Below are positions 29,173 to 38,556 of a stretch of 61,049 nt of DNA, piece by piece. Origin of the DNA: a virus. Its lineage: Duplodnaviria > Heunggongvirae > Uroviricota > Caudoviricetes. The stretch lies in the IMG/VR virus record IMGVR_UViG_3300043399_000700; one strand, written 5' to 3'. How positions within the stretch are numbered: position 1 is the stretch's first letter; each line of letters starts with the position of its first letter. Both the position numbers and the translations under genes were made by a program. The notes below the pieces were generated by a model. That model was not told the origin of the DNA. It worked only from the letters and a program-made list of their open reading frames with translations, and made no database searches.

Positions 29173-29678
29173 TTGCGTGGATCCTTGCGATGTTGAAACA
29201 GCATTGTTAAGTAGTCTTCGGGCCATGCATCGTAAAATCCTTTGCGAGCCATAATTTCTGCCTTGGCATCTAAATCACTTAGACATTGCACAAGTGCTAG
29301 AGCATAGGTACCTTGATTCATTGATACTCCGTTGACAATTTCTGGATCGTCGGGGTGGTCTTCTAAAACTAAAATATCCTTGCTTAACAAAAATTCACGG
29401 TTAGCAAAATCTAATGCGTTAGAAAATGTTTTGTAATCCCAAGTCTCAGGATCGTAGGCTATAGCGATAACTTCTCGGTTACCTAGCCCTGTGCGCCAAA
29501 TGTCTAGCAAGTCACCGATTGGGTTTGTACCAATTCGAACTTCGTAGGTACCTTCCATTCGAGCTTTGCGAGCATAAGGACAAGGAGGCCAACCTCCTAA
29601 TGCTGGATGCGGAACTTCTACAAAGTTTGTGATCCAGTGTAAGATATCTGCTTCTAGTTGTTGCTGTGTAATATTCAT
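29169..29678 (-). CDS. DUF1415-like protein
   Basis: W..NFVE...CPYARKA and DHPD...NQG.Y motifs resemble the DUF1415 CPFA/FHP pattern. Confidence 0.5.
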   Translation of the reverse strand: MNITQQQLEADILHWITNFVEVPHPALGGWPPCPYARKARMEGTYEVRIGTNPIGDLLDIWRTGLGNREVIAIAYDPETWDYKTFSNALDFANREFLLSKDILVLEDHPDDPEIVNGVSMNQGTYALALVQCLSDLDAKAEIMARKGFYDAWPEDYLTMLFQHRKDPRK

Positions 29679-29908
29679 TAGAAATATGGTAATCCTGTTT
29701 TCTTAACAGTTTCTAAATTTTCTTTGATTAAATTGCCAATAACGGTGCGCTCGTTGTAACTTAGATTCATTGCTTCTTCGTAAGTTATGCCTCCACGCAT
29801 TGACCAACACATTCTTAATATGTCTGAGCGTATTGAAGTTATTTCTTTGTCGTAACCTGCAACAATCTTTTCAATACGCTCGGCGGTCGCTGTTAGGAGG
29901 CGGAACCG
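29678..29908 (-). CDS. Tail-chaperone 'T' segment (gp51-like), probably made as a -1 frameshift extension of the gp26-like gene
   Basis: 76-codon open -1 frame after the slippery site (RFRLLTATAERIEK...MRGGITYEEAMNLSYNER...LPYF); no in-frame ATG/GTG/TTG until residue 33. Confidence 0.6.
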   Translation of the reverse strand, partial: RFRLLTATAERIEKIVAGYDKEITSIRSDILRMCWSMRGGITYEEAMNLSYNERTVIGNLIKENLETVKKTGLPYF

Positions 29909-30729
29909 AAAAAATTTGTTACATTGAGTGTAAACGGTGTTTCGTATTCTTTTTGACAGCCTTGACATTGAATCTTAAGCGGTTTAAGTTCAGCAGCATC
30001 GCGAAGTTCAATAATACGATCACGCACTCGATTGAATAAATCTCGATCACAATTATTCATAAACTCGCGAATAAATTCTGTTTCTACAACATTTTCGTTG
30101 CCGGCACGTACTAATCCAATGCTATGTGCAATTGCATCAATAGTCATGCGACTTAGTTTTAAAAATGCTTCGTTGATTCGACGCATTTTTTCTTCTTCGC
30201 TTAGATCCGCTGTAGGCAACATTTCGATTAGCTTTTGATCTTCGTATTGCGCTAGCGAGTTAGCATTAATTTGATCGTATGTTAATGGCTTTAAGAAAAT
30301 TTCAATATCGCCTTGTTTAATTGATTCAGAGTAATTGCCTACTTGAATTTGCTCCATGACTAAACGAAGATCTAAACCAAACGAATTTTCGTGTTGACAG
30401 TAAGGGCAATCACTTTCGAAATCCATTTCGTGACCGAAACTAGCAATGCGGATAGCAATTAGTATTGCATCAATGTCAGTAGCTGGAATCTTCCAAGCAT
30501 CGCGAATGTTTGGAACGCAACTTTGGATTACACTAACGATAGCAGTACCGTTGAATAATGCATCTGCGGTACGATAAGTGATTTCGTCCATTGCAGTCAT
30601 TGGAAACACAGGTAGCTCGCGGTTCGGCGGCATGTCTAGTGTACCAGGTTCGTAGAAGTTACCGTTTGATGGTAACTTGATGTAAATTGCTGGTTGTCTA
30701 AAATACTTGCGTAAAGGGTTATTTTGCAT
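29893..30729 (-). CDS. gp26: Baseplate hub assembly / tail assembly chaperone (gp26-like)
   Basis: NPLRKYFRQPAIYIKLPSNG...PMTAMDEI...D.ILIAIRIASFG with two CxxC (CPYC, CQGC). Start 30729 with AGGA SD. Confidence 0.7.
   Translation of the reverse strand: MQNNPLRKYFRQPAIYIKLPSNGNFYEPGTLDMPPNRELPVFPMTAMDEITYRTADALFNGTAIVSVIQSCVPNIRDAWKIPATDIDAILIAIRIASFGHEMDFESDCPYCQHENSFGLDLRLVMEQIQVGNYSESIKQGDIEIFLKPLTYDQINANSLAQYEDQKLIEMLPTADLSEEEKMRRINEAFLKLSRMTIDAIAHSIGLVRAGNENVVETEFIREFMNNCDRDLFNRVRDRIIELRDAAELKPLKIQCQGCQKEYETPFTLNVTNFFGSAS
29908..29914 (-). other. Putative -1 slippery heptamer T TTT TTC
   Basis: Zero-frame codons AAT TTT TTC, four sense codons before the stop; the -1 frame is open to 29678. 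Confidence 0.6.
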
Positions 30730-30777
30730 GATTTTCCTGACCATAAATATGTTAAGAGTACTTATTCGGCGTATATT
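30730..30777. promoter_or_regulatory. Divergent late-promoter-like motifs (CATAAATA on +, AATAAGTA on -)
   Basis: 48-bp gap between the chaperone and tape-measure genes holds both motifs. Confidence 0.5.
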
Positions 30778-33294
30778 ATGGCAGATAATTTAACAGATGA
30801 GCAGATAGAACTGCTTAGAAGAGCATTAGAAGAATTGCGTAAATCAACAGTTATGAGTGATAAAACTCAGGCTGAGTTAAATGCTGCTATGAAAAAAGAC
30901 GCTGGTGCGTTTGAAGATAATACCAAAGCAGTCAATGATAATACGTCAGTTGCTAAGGATTTTGTCAAAGACCTGTCCGGTTTAGGCAACGAACTTGGTG
31001 CAGCGATTGGACAGATTAGAGAAAGCCGTGAGGATTTCCGTAGTTTAAATCCTGCAATCAGAGCAGCAGGTACAATTTTTGGTGCTACTGGCAAAGCAAT
31101 TGGCAGTATGGCCGAAGGTACTGGCGAAGCAGTTCAAGGTCTTGCTGGTTTAAACAAAGGATTTAAAGGCTTTACCGCTACGATGGTTGGCGGTGGTCTA
31201 ATCAAAGCATTTGGTAGCGGATTAAAAAGTGGTAGCGAAGCAGCAGCTAACATGGCAGTTGCTTTTGGCGAGTTTGCCACAGGCGAATTACAAACTGTTG
31301 TTGAAGCATATCGTAAAGTAGGTTCTGCTGGTGCCATTGGCGCTGGCGGTATGAATGAACTTTACGAATCATCGAATCAATTAGGCATTGGCCTTCAAGG
31401 CATGGCCGAAATTGTATCGCGTAATTCTAAATCGTTGGCCTATGCTGGTGGTAGCACACTTGCTGGACGCAAAGCTCTAGTAGATTTAACCGCAAATTCT
31501 AAAGACTACGAAGATAAACTTTTAGCACTTGGTTACACATTTACTGAAATGCGTGATCAATCGGCTAAGTTCTTAGAGCGTAATCGCACTCTCGGCACAG
31601 TATCAGCAGGAGATCAACGTCGATTAGGCGAAGCTAACAATGCTTATATGATGCAGCTAGATCAACTTGCTAGAATAACCGGTAAGAGCCGCGACGAGCT
31701 AGCAAAACAACTTGATCAGCAAATGAAAGATGTTCGTTTCCAAGCAACACTAAGAACAATGGAAGCGAAAAATGGTGTAGAGAATCGAGCAGCCATTGAA
31801 AACATTGCAGCTACGATCGGTAAAGAACAAGGTGACTACGCACGTAAAGGCTTTATGGATGCAATGAGTGGTGCTATCAACACTCCAGAAGCACAAGCGT
31901 TTTTACAAACACTCGATGAAGGTGGTCGCCAAGCAGTACAAGATTTACGCAACGGTGCAATTAAAGACACCGTTGTAGGTTTTAGAGAAATAACAAAGTC
32001 TCAAGCACGTTGGTATGAAGGCAAAGGCGGTGACGAAGTCTTTGGAAGAATTGCCGGAATGGGTAGTGCTATTGAGCCAATGATTGGCGCACTACAAAAA
32101 GCCCGAACACTTGATGACAAATATTATGATGCAATGGGCAAAACAACTGCAGAACAAAATGCTGCTGCTAATGCCCAAGACAAAGCAACCAAAGACACAG
32201 TAGAAGCGCAAAAGAAATTACAGCAAATGGGACAAAAACTCGACGAGATTGTACGTCAAAAAGTGTTACCAACTGCTGCGTCGTCGATTAAATCTTTTAC
32301 TACAGCCATTGATGATTTTGTTGATATTGCTTCCAAAGCACTAGGGACTAAAAAACCAACAACCGGTATTGGTGCTGGCGGCGGCGGAACTGCTCCGGTA
32401 CAATCATCATCTGCTGCCGAAGACATGGCCTGGGGTGGTACTAATGTAGGTGGTACAGCAGGTGCACCTACACCGCCTGGCTCACCGGTTGAAGGATCAA
32501 CCGCACAAGTTCTTAGCACAATTAAAGGCAGAGAATCGGGCGGTAATTATCAAGCACAAGCCAAAGGATCATCTGCGTCGGGTGCTTACCAGTTTACTGA
32601 TAGTACATGGCAAGGCCTAACTAAAAAATATGGGTTTGGCACAGAGTTTGCCAAAGCTAAAGATGCACCACCGGAAGTACAAGATGCAGTGGCATCAAAA
32701 TATGTCGATGAAATTTTAAAGAAAGCCGGTGGAGATGTTTCGAAGGTTCCAGTTGCGTGGTACACTGGTAATTTACAAGGAAAAATGTCAGATGCTGCAC
32801 TAGCGGCAAACAAAGGACAAACGGCTGCACAATACCAATCAAAATGGATGGCAGACTATACTAAAACAATGGGTGGAGGTGCAATTGCTGGTGCTACCAT
32901 TGCGCAAGCACAAGTTCCCCCGCCACCTCAACAAATGACACCAGAACAAGTTGCTGCAATCAAGCAGCAAATGTGGGAAGGTCGTAAACGTATGGCTGCC
33001 AAAGATCCTAATGGTAAAGTTATAACACAATTACCGGGTGAGCCATGGGCTGCTAACGGTGGTGTTTTTTCTGGTCCTAAAGGTGGGTATTCAGCAACAT
33101 TACACGGCAACGAAGCAGTAGTACCATTACCAAGCGGCAACGAAATTCCAGTTGACATGGCTGGTATGGGCGATGTTTTTGACGAACAGTTATCGTTGCT
33201 AGAAGATCAAACATCGAGCCTTGAAGAATTATTGCGCACACTAAGACAAGGTGCAGACTTGTCTCAACGTATTTTACGAGCATCACAGGCATAA
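30778..33294 (+). CDS. Tape-measure-like protein 1 with lytic transglycosylase/lysozyme-like domain, 838 aa
   Basis: Long helical Ala/Gly-rich body; IKGRESGGNY...ASGAYQF.DSTW lysozyme-fold motif; C-terminal GGVFSGPKGGY...LHGNEAVVPLP. Start placed at ATG 30778. Confidence 0.75.
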   Translation: MADNLTDEQIELLRRALEELRKSTVMSDKTQAELNAAMKKDAGAFEDNTKAVNDNTSVAKDFVKDLSGLGNELGAAIGQIRESREDFRSLNPAIRAAGTIFGATGKAIGSMAEGTGEAVQGLAGLNKGFKGFTATMVGGGLIKAFGSGLKSGSEAAANMAVAFGEFATGELQTVVEAYRKVGSAGAIGAGGMNELYESSNQLGIGLQGMAEIVSRNSKSLAYAGGSTLAGRKALVDLTANSKDYEDKLLALGYTFTEMRDQSAKFLERNRTLGTVSAGDQRRLGEANNAYMMQLDQLARITGKSRDELAKQLDQQMKDVRFQATLRTMEAKNGVENRAAIENIAATIGKEQGDYARKGFMDAMSGAINTPEAQAFLQTLDEGGRQAVQDLRNGAIKDTVVGFREITKSQARWYEGKGGDEVFGRIAGMGSAIEPMIGALQKARTLDDKYYDAMGKTTAEQNAAANAQDKATKDTVEAQKKLQQMGQKLDEIVRQKVLPTAASSIKSFTTAIDDFVDIASKALGTKKPTTGIGAGGGGTAPVQSSSAAEDMAWGGTNVGGTAGAPTPPGSPVEGSTAQVLSTIKGRESGGNYQAQAKGSSASGAYQFTDSTWQGLTKKYGFGTEFAKAKDAPPEVQDAVASKYVDEILKKAGGDVSKVPVAWYTGNLQGKMSDAALAANKGQTAAQYQSKWMADYTKTMGGGAIAGATIAQAQVPPPPQQMTPEQVAAIKQQMWEGRKRMAAKDPNGKVITQLPGEPWAANGGVFSGPKGGYSATLHGNEAVVPLPSGNEIPVDMAGMGDVFDEQLSLLEDQTSSLEELLRTLRQGADLSQRILRASQA

Positions 33295-33297
33295 TCT

Positions 33298-35544
33298 ATG
33301 AGTGTAAATCAACTTGAAGATTCGATTGAGTTACTAACAAAAACTCTTAACGAGCGTCGAAAGCAAGGCTTGATTAGCCAAAAAACCTATAACGAATTGC
33401 TCAAACGTATTACTCAGAACACAAGTGCAGTTGACGACAATACAAATCAAGTTAGTAAAACCTCAAGTAATGTAAAGAAGGTTGCAAAAATTGCTGGCAA
33501 TTTTGCTGCAAGCACAGTTCGTGCGTCCGAATCAATTAGAAAAAATCGTGAAGATTTTACAAGTTTAAATCCTGCAATCAAAGTCACTGCTAAAGCTGCT
33601 GAGTTAGCTGGTAGTACTACTGGTAAGTTAATATCAACTATTGGCGATGCGGTTAATGCATTTTCACTATTTGGCGGACCAATTACTAAGATAATAGGTA
33701 CTGTCGGTGGCATTGGCATGAACATGCTTGGCAACTTTATGGAAAACAATTCCAAGAAAGTTGCAGCACTAGGACAGGCATTTGGATCTTTTGCACTTCA
33801 AGAGTTACAAAATGTAGTTTCTGCGTATCGAACCATTGGTTCTGTTGGCGCCACAACTGCACAAGGTATGACAGGAACTTACGACGATGCAATCCGTGCA
33901 GGCATGTCGATTACCGAATACTCGCAATTGATTGCTAAGGAAGGTGAAAACCTTTCTGGCTTTGCTGGTAGTACAACAGCAGGTGCAGAAGCATTAGGGC
34001 GAGTTAGTCAAGCAAACGAAGGCTACAAAAAAGAATATTTGGCGCTAGGATACACGTTTGCTGAACAGCAAGAATATACAGCAGAATACCTAAAGCGCAA
34101 CCGTGTAACTACAGGCACAAATATCAGCGATACTCAACGACTTGCCGAAGGCTCTCGTGAGTATATGGACATGCTTGATGAAATTTCTCGACTAACAGGC
34201 AAGAGTCGCAGTGAAACAGCACGAGCATTAGAAAAACAAGAAAGTAATTTACGTTTCCAAGCATCATTGAGATTGGCAACTAAGCGCACAGGCGATGAAA
34301 AGGTTGCTAACAGTATGCGTAAAATGGCTGAGGGAATTGAAGCGTTTGGTAGCGAAAGTCTATCGCAAGGATTTATGGATATGACCAGTGGCCTGGGTAC
34401 TAAGGCTGCACGTGATTTTAACCTTGCTACCGGCGGCGAAGGTCAGAAGATTGCTGAAATGGTAAAGAGTGGTGAAATCGATCACGCCAAGGGCTTAGAA
34501 ATGGTTCAGGCTGCTGTTCGTCGTAGATGGAAACAAGTAGGCGGCGATAACTTTGCAATGAAGGTGGCTAAAACCGGCACAGCCATGGACGATGCATTAC
34601 CTGGCATGGCCCGTATGGTACAGGCACAAGATATTACTGCTGAAAGTTTAGAAAATCTCAAGAAAGAACAGCAAGACACTAAAAAAGCCAAAGACCAAGA
34701 AACTAAAAATATAATTTCTGCACAAGAAGTAATGCGCAGCATGGCCATTGACATGGATAAAATTGTCAAGGAAAAAGTATTTCCACTGGCTACTACTGCT
34801 GTTGATAGTTTAACTGATGTATTTGTGTCATTTGTTGATAAAGCGTCTGATACACTAGGACTTAAAAAAGTTGAACGTGTTAAAAAACCTGCTGCTGGTG
34901 CAGCACCGGCTGTTGAGGGTGTTCCTGGTCCTGCAGTAGACAGGTCTGGAGTTAAGCCCGGCGAAGGACTAACAGGCAAGTCATTAAATGGGGTACAACC
35001 ATCACTAGCACAAAGAATAGAACAAGTTGCACGAGAGTTTAAAGTTAAAACAGGCAGAGATGTAAACGTTACTTCTGCTGTGCGTACACCAGAAGAACAA
35101 GCAAAACTTTACGCCGACTATCAAGCAGGCAGATCAAAATATCCCGTTGCTCCGCCGGGTCGCAGCAAACACGATCAAGGTTTGGCCATTGACGTTGATT
35201 CGCAAATTGCTAATCAACTTGATAACATGGGATTATTAGCCAAATACGGATTAGGACGTCCAGTGCCCCGAGATCCAGTTCATATTGAAGTTGTTAGTGC
35301 AGCAACGGGTGGAGCATTCTCGGGTCCGAAATCAGGCTATCCAGCAGTATTACATGGCAACGAAGCAGTAGTTCCGCTACCAGATGGAAATCAAATACCT
35401 GTAGAACCAACTGGCATGACTGAAACTTCCGAAAGTCAAATCAAAGCAATTCGTCGTCAAAATCAAATTATTGCCGAAATAATTGCTGCGGCTAGAAGTA
35501 ATAATGACGCAAACAAGAGATTACTAAGCCTTAAGGCGTCCTGA
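33298..35544 (+). CDS. Tape-measure-like protein 2 with peptidase M15-like domain, 748 aa
   Basis: Paralogue of the previous gene; TSAVRTPEEQAKLY...SKHDQGLAIDV...HIE zinc-peptidase motif; same C-terminal LHGNEAVVPLP motif. Confidence 0.75.
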   Translation: MSVNQLEDSIELLTKTLNERRKQGLISQKTYNELLKRITQNTSAVDDNTNQVSKTSSNVKKVAKIAGNFAASTVRASESIRKNREDFTSLNPAIKVTAKAAELAGSTTGKLISTIGDAVNAFSLFGGPITKIIGTVGGIGMNMLGNFMENNSKKVAALGQAFGSFALQELQNVVSAYRTIGSVGATTAQGMTGTYDDAIRAGMSITEYSQLIAKEGENLSGFAGSTTAGAEALGRVSQANEGYKKEYLALGYTFAEQQEYTAEYLKRNRVTTGTNISDTQRLAEGSREYMDMLDEISRLTGKSRSETARALEKQESNLRFQASLRLATKRTGDEKVANSMRKMAEGIEAFGSESLSQGFMDMTSGLGTKAARDFNLATGGEGQKIAEMVKSGEIDHAKGLEMVQAAVRRRWKQVGGDNFAMKVAKTGTAMDDALPGMARMVQAQDITAESLENLKKEQQDTKKAKDQETKNIISAQEVMRSMAIDMDKIVKEKVFPLATTAVDSLTDVFVSFVDKASDTLGLKKVERVKKPAAGAAPAVEGVPGPAVDRSGVKPGEGLTGKSLNGVQPSLAQRIEQVAREFKVKTGRDVNVTSAVRTPEEQAKLYADYQAGRSKYPVAPPGRSKHDQGLAIDVDSQIANQLDNMGLLAKYGLGRPVPRDPVHIEVVSAATGGAFSGPKSGYPAVLHGNEAVVPLPDGNQIPVEPTGMTETSESQIKAIRRQNQIIAEIIAAARSNNDANKRLLSLKAS

Positions 35545-35550
35545 TAAATA
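35543..35550 (+). promoter_or_regulatory. Late-promoter-like GATAAATA upstream of portal
   Basis: Recurrent TAAATA motif, 30 nt before the ATG. Confidence 0.55.
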
Positions 35551-35580
35551 TTCGCAACTTAAATCAAAAGGTGTCCTTAT

Positions 35581-37341
35581 ATGGCAGGTTGGAAAAAGTA
35601 TTTTAAGATCGCTCCGCAAGACGGATCAATGAGCCCAGTTTCGGGCAATAACTATCGCGGCCCTAACTATGGTAAGGGCTCTGCTGCTGAAACCGACTTT
35701 ACGTTCCGCAACTACCGTAGCCATTTACCTGAAGTTTATTCAGGCCACCCTAACCGCATTGAGCGTTACAACCAATATGAAAACATGGACGTTGATTCAG
35801 AAGTCAACGCTTGTTTGGATATTCTTGCCGAATTTTGTACACAAGTTAGCGAATCAACTAAAACTCCGTTTGATATTGATTTCAATGATCAGCCCACGGA
35901 CCACGAAACTGAAATTATTAAAAAGCAATTACAGCAGTGGACTAAACTTAACAAACTAGATCAACGTATGTTTAAAATGTTCCGTAATACATTGAAATAC
36001 GGCGATCAAGTGTTTATACGTGATCCAGAAACATTTGAACTGTACTGGGTCGACATGACTAAAGTTGCTCGAGTTATTGTAAACGAATCTGAAGGCAAGC
36101 GTCCTGAGCAGTATGTTGTTCGTGATATTAACCCTAACTTTCAAAATTTAAGCATTGCTCCTAAGACAACCAATGACTTTTCTGTAAATCCACCTGCCGG
36201 CGGCTATGCTGCACCGTATAACTACTCTGCACCAATGACACCAAACCCAAGTGGTACAAGTCGTTTTAGCAAAGCAATGAACGAAACAACAGTTGATGCA
36301 AAACACGTTGTTCATTTGAGCCTAAGTGAAGGTCTTGACTATTACTGGCCATTTGGACAAAGCGTTCTTGAAATGATTTACAAAGTTTTCAAGCAAAAAG
36401 AACTACTCGAAGACGCTATCCTAATTTACCGTGTACAACGTGCTCCGGAACGCCGCGTATTTTACATCGACGTTGGTAACATGCCTAGCCACCTTGCTAT
36501 GCAGTTTGTTGAGCGAGTTAAAAACGAAATTCACCAACGCCGTATTCCTACAAACACAGGCGGCGGACAAAACATTATGGATGCTTCGTATAACCCACTA
36601 AGCATCAACGAAGATTACTTCTTTCCTCAAACAGCCGAAGGCCGTGGAAGTAAAGTTGAAACACTTCCTGGAGGCGAAAGTCTAGGTCAAATTGATGACC
36701 TTAAGTACTTTAACAATAAGATGTGCCGCGGGCTTAGAATTCCGAGCTCGTACCTACCTACTGGACCGGATGATTCCGATCGACCGATGAGCGACGGCAG
36801 AGTGGGCACCGCTCTTATCCAGGAATATCGTTTCAACCAGTATTGCGAACGCTTACAGCGTCAAGTTGTACAAAAACTTAACGACGAGTTTAAGATGTTC
36901 TTACGTTGGCGTGGTTTTAACATTGATTCTGGCTTGTTTGATATTACATTTACAGCACCACAGAACTTTGCAAGCTATCGTCAAGCAGAATTAGATACCA
37001 CACGTTTAGGTGCGTTTAGTGCTATTGAGCCACTACCTTACTTCTCTAAGCGTTTCTTAATGAAGCGTTATCTAGGTTTAACCGAAGAAGAAATTACAGA
37101 AAACGCCAAGCTCTGGAAAGAAGAACGCGACGAACCAGAAATGGAAACCGAATCAGGACAAGACTTGCGTTCAGTTGGTATTAGCCCAGCGGACCTTGAA
37201 TCTGACATTACAGCAGGTCAAGAAATCGCTGCTGATACCGGTATGCCCGAGGGAGATATGGCAGTACCTGGCGCACAAGCTACACCAATGGATACCGGTG
37301 CACTAGGTGGTGCCGCCCCAGGCGGAATGCCAACAGTTTAA
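35581..37341 (+). CDS. gp20: Portal protein
   Basis: LEDAILIYRVQRAPERRVFYIDVGNMP...EDYFFPQ..GRGSKVETLPGG...DDLKYF are T4 gp20 signatures. Confidence 0.93.
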   Translation: MAGWKKYFKIAPQDGSMSPVSGNNYRGPNYGKGSAAETDFTFRNYRSHLPEVYSGHPNRIERYNQYENMDVDSEVNACLDILAEFCTQVSESTKTPFDIDFNDQPTDHETEIIKKQLQQWTKLNKLDQRMFKMFRNTLKYGDQVFIRDPETFELYWVDMTKVARVIVNESEGKRPEQYVVRDINPNFQNLSIAPKTTNDFSVNPPAGGYAAPYNYSAPMTPNPSGTSRFSKAMNETTVDAKHVVHLSLSEGLDYYWPFGQSVLEMIYKVFKQKELLEDAILIYRVQRAPERRVFYIDVGNMPSHLAMQFVERVKNEIHQRRIPTNTGGGQNIMDASYNPLSINEDYFFPQTAEGRGSKVETLPGGESLGQIDDLKYFNNKMCRGLRIPSSYLPTGPDDSDRPMSDGRVGTALIQEYRFNQYCERLQRQVVQKLNDEFKMFLRWRGFNIDSGLFDITFTAPQNFASYRQAELDTTRLGAFSAIEPLPYFSKRFLMKRYLGLTEEEITENAKLWKEERDEPEMETESGQDLRSVGISPADLESDITAGQEIAADTGMPEGDMAVPGAQATPMDTGALGGAAPGGMPTV

Positions 37342-37355
37342 TAAATAACTATACT

Positions 37356-37574
37356 ATGATACTACGTGAGTTTTTTGAACAACAACCCGAAGGTTACCAA
37401 GATTTAGCCGATGATAACAGTCAGCCTCAACTTGGCGATACCCGCAAGTCTAAACTCACGTTGCGTCAAATTAACAAATTACGCCGCATGAATGATCTGC
37501 GTACTGTAGAATATAAACAAAATCTCAAAGATATTAAACGTCAGTACGCACCACCTGCTGCACCGCCGATGTAA
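37356..37574 (+). CDS. Small hypothetical head-morphogenesis protein
   Basis: 72-aa ORF between portal and core genes, preceded by AATAAATA (37340-47). Confidence 0.55.
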   Translation: MILREFFEQQPEGYQDLADDNSQPQLGDTRKSKLTLRQINKLRRMNDLRTVEYKQNLKDIKRQYAPPAAPPM

Positions 37575-37692
37575 TCGAAAATCTAATTATCTTAGATTTT
37601 GATTCATTTTCTGGCCATTTTACCCCATAAACCACCCATATTTTTAACTGTAATGTAAATATTTACAGAGCCTTTACTTGGAGATTTCTCTT

Positions 37693-38547
37693 ATGAACAA
37701 ATTTGAACAATTAATTGAATTCGTCATTAATGACGAAGAACAAAAAGCTCGTGATCTATTCCACGACATCGTTGTTGAAAAGTCTCGCTCAATTTACGAA
37801 AGCCTAATGGCTGAAGAAGAAGAGCTAGACGAAGCCAAAGATGAAGAAGAATTAGACGAGTCTGAAGAAGAATTAGACGAATCAGCTGAAGAAGCTGAAG
37901 AACTAGATGAAAATCTAGATGGAATGTGCGGCGCTATCGGCGGCGACCAGTCAGACGATCTTATCGACGATGTTGAAGCCGAAGAAGAAGGCATGAGCTT
38001 CGAAGGTGAAGATGATCTAGAAGCTGAGTTTGCTGACGAAGAAGGCGGCGAAGATTTAGAAGATCGTGTTGTTGATCTTGAGGACAAGCTAGACGAACTA
38101 ATGGCAGAATTTGAATCGCTATTAGGCGGCGACGAAGCTGGTGCTGAAGGCGGCGACGACGGTGAAGAATTAGATTTTGACAGCGAAGAAGAAGTTGACG
38201 CAGAAGACGGTGAAGAAACAGAAATGGACGACACTGAATTTGAAGTTGCCGAAGCACTTGAAGAAGCTGTTACACTACAAAAAGCCCCAGCTCCAACAAC
38301 ATCAGAAGAAAGCTTCGTAAACAAGAAGTCAATCAATGATGACAACAGCGGTGCTGCTGGTATGGAAGCAAAGCCAGTTAAAACATCTGGTGCACAAGAA
38401 AACGGTCGTACTGCCCCTAAAGCAGGCGAACTAATTGGTAAGGTACAAAACAGCGTTGGCGGCGATAAGAAATTATCACCAGCTACAAAGCCAACTCTAA
38501 GCCAAGCCAGTGGTGTAAACACCAAAACTCCTTTCCCAAAGAACTAA
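37693..38547 (+). CDS. Highly acidic prohead core-like protein
   Basis: Glu/Asp-rich; lies between portal and protease like T4 gp67/gp68. Start 37693 has a GGAG SD and upstream TGTAAATA. Confidence 0.6.
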   Translation: MNKFEQLIEFVINDEEQKARDLFHDIVVEKSRSIYESLMAEEEELDEAKDEEELDESEEELDESAEEAEELDENLDGMCGAIGGDQSDDLIDDVEAEEEGMSFEGEDDLEAEFADEEGGEDLEDRVVDLEDKLDELMAEFESLLGGDEAGAEGGDDGEELDFDSEEEVDAEDGEETEMDDTEFEVAEALEEAVTLQKAPAPTTSEESFVNKKSINDDNSGAAGMEAKPVKTSGAQENGRTAPKAGELIGKVQNSVGGDKKLSPATKPTLSQASGVNTKTPFPKN

Positions 38548-38556
38548 TCAAGTAAA

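Noticed and set aside
37794-38525. 243-aa Ser-rich minus-strand ORF
   Set aside because: Antisense shadow of the GAA/GAC-rich acidic core gene.
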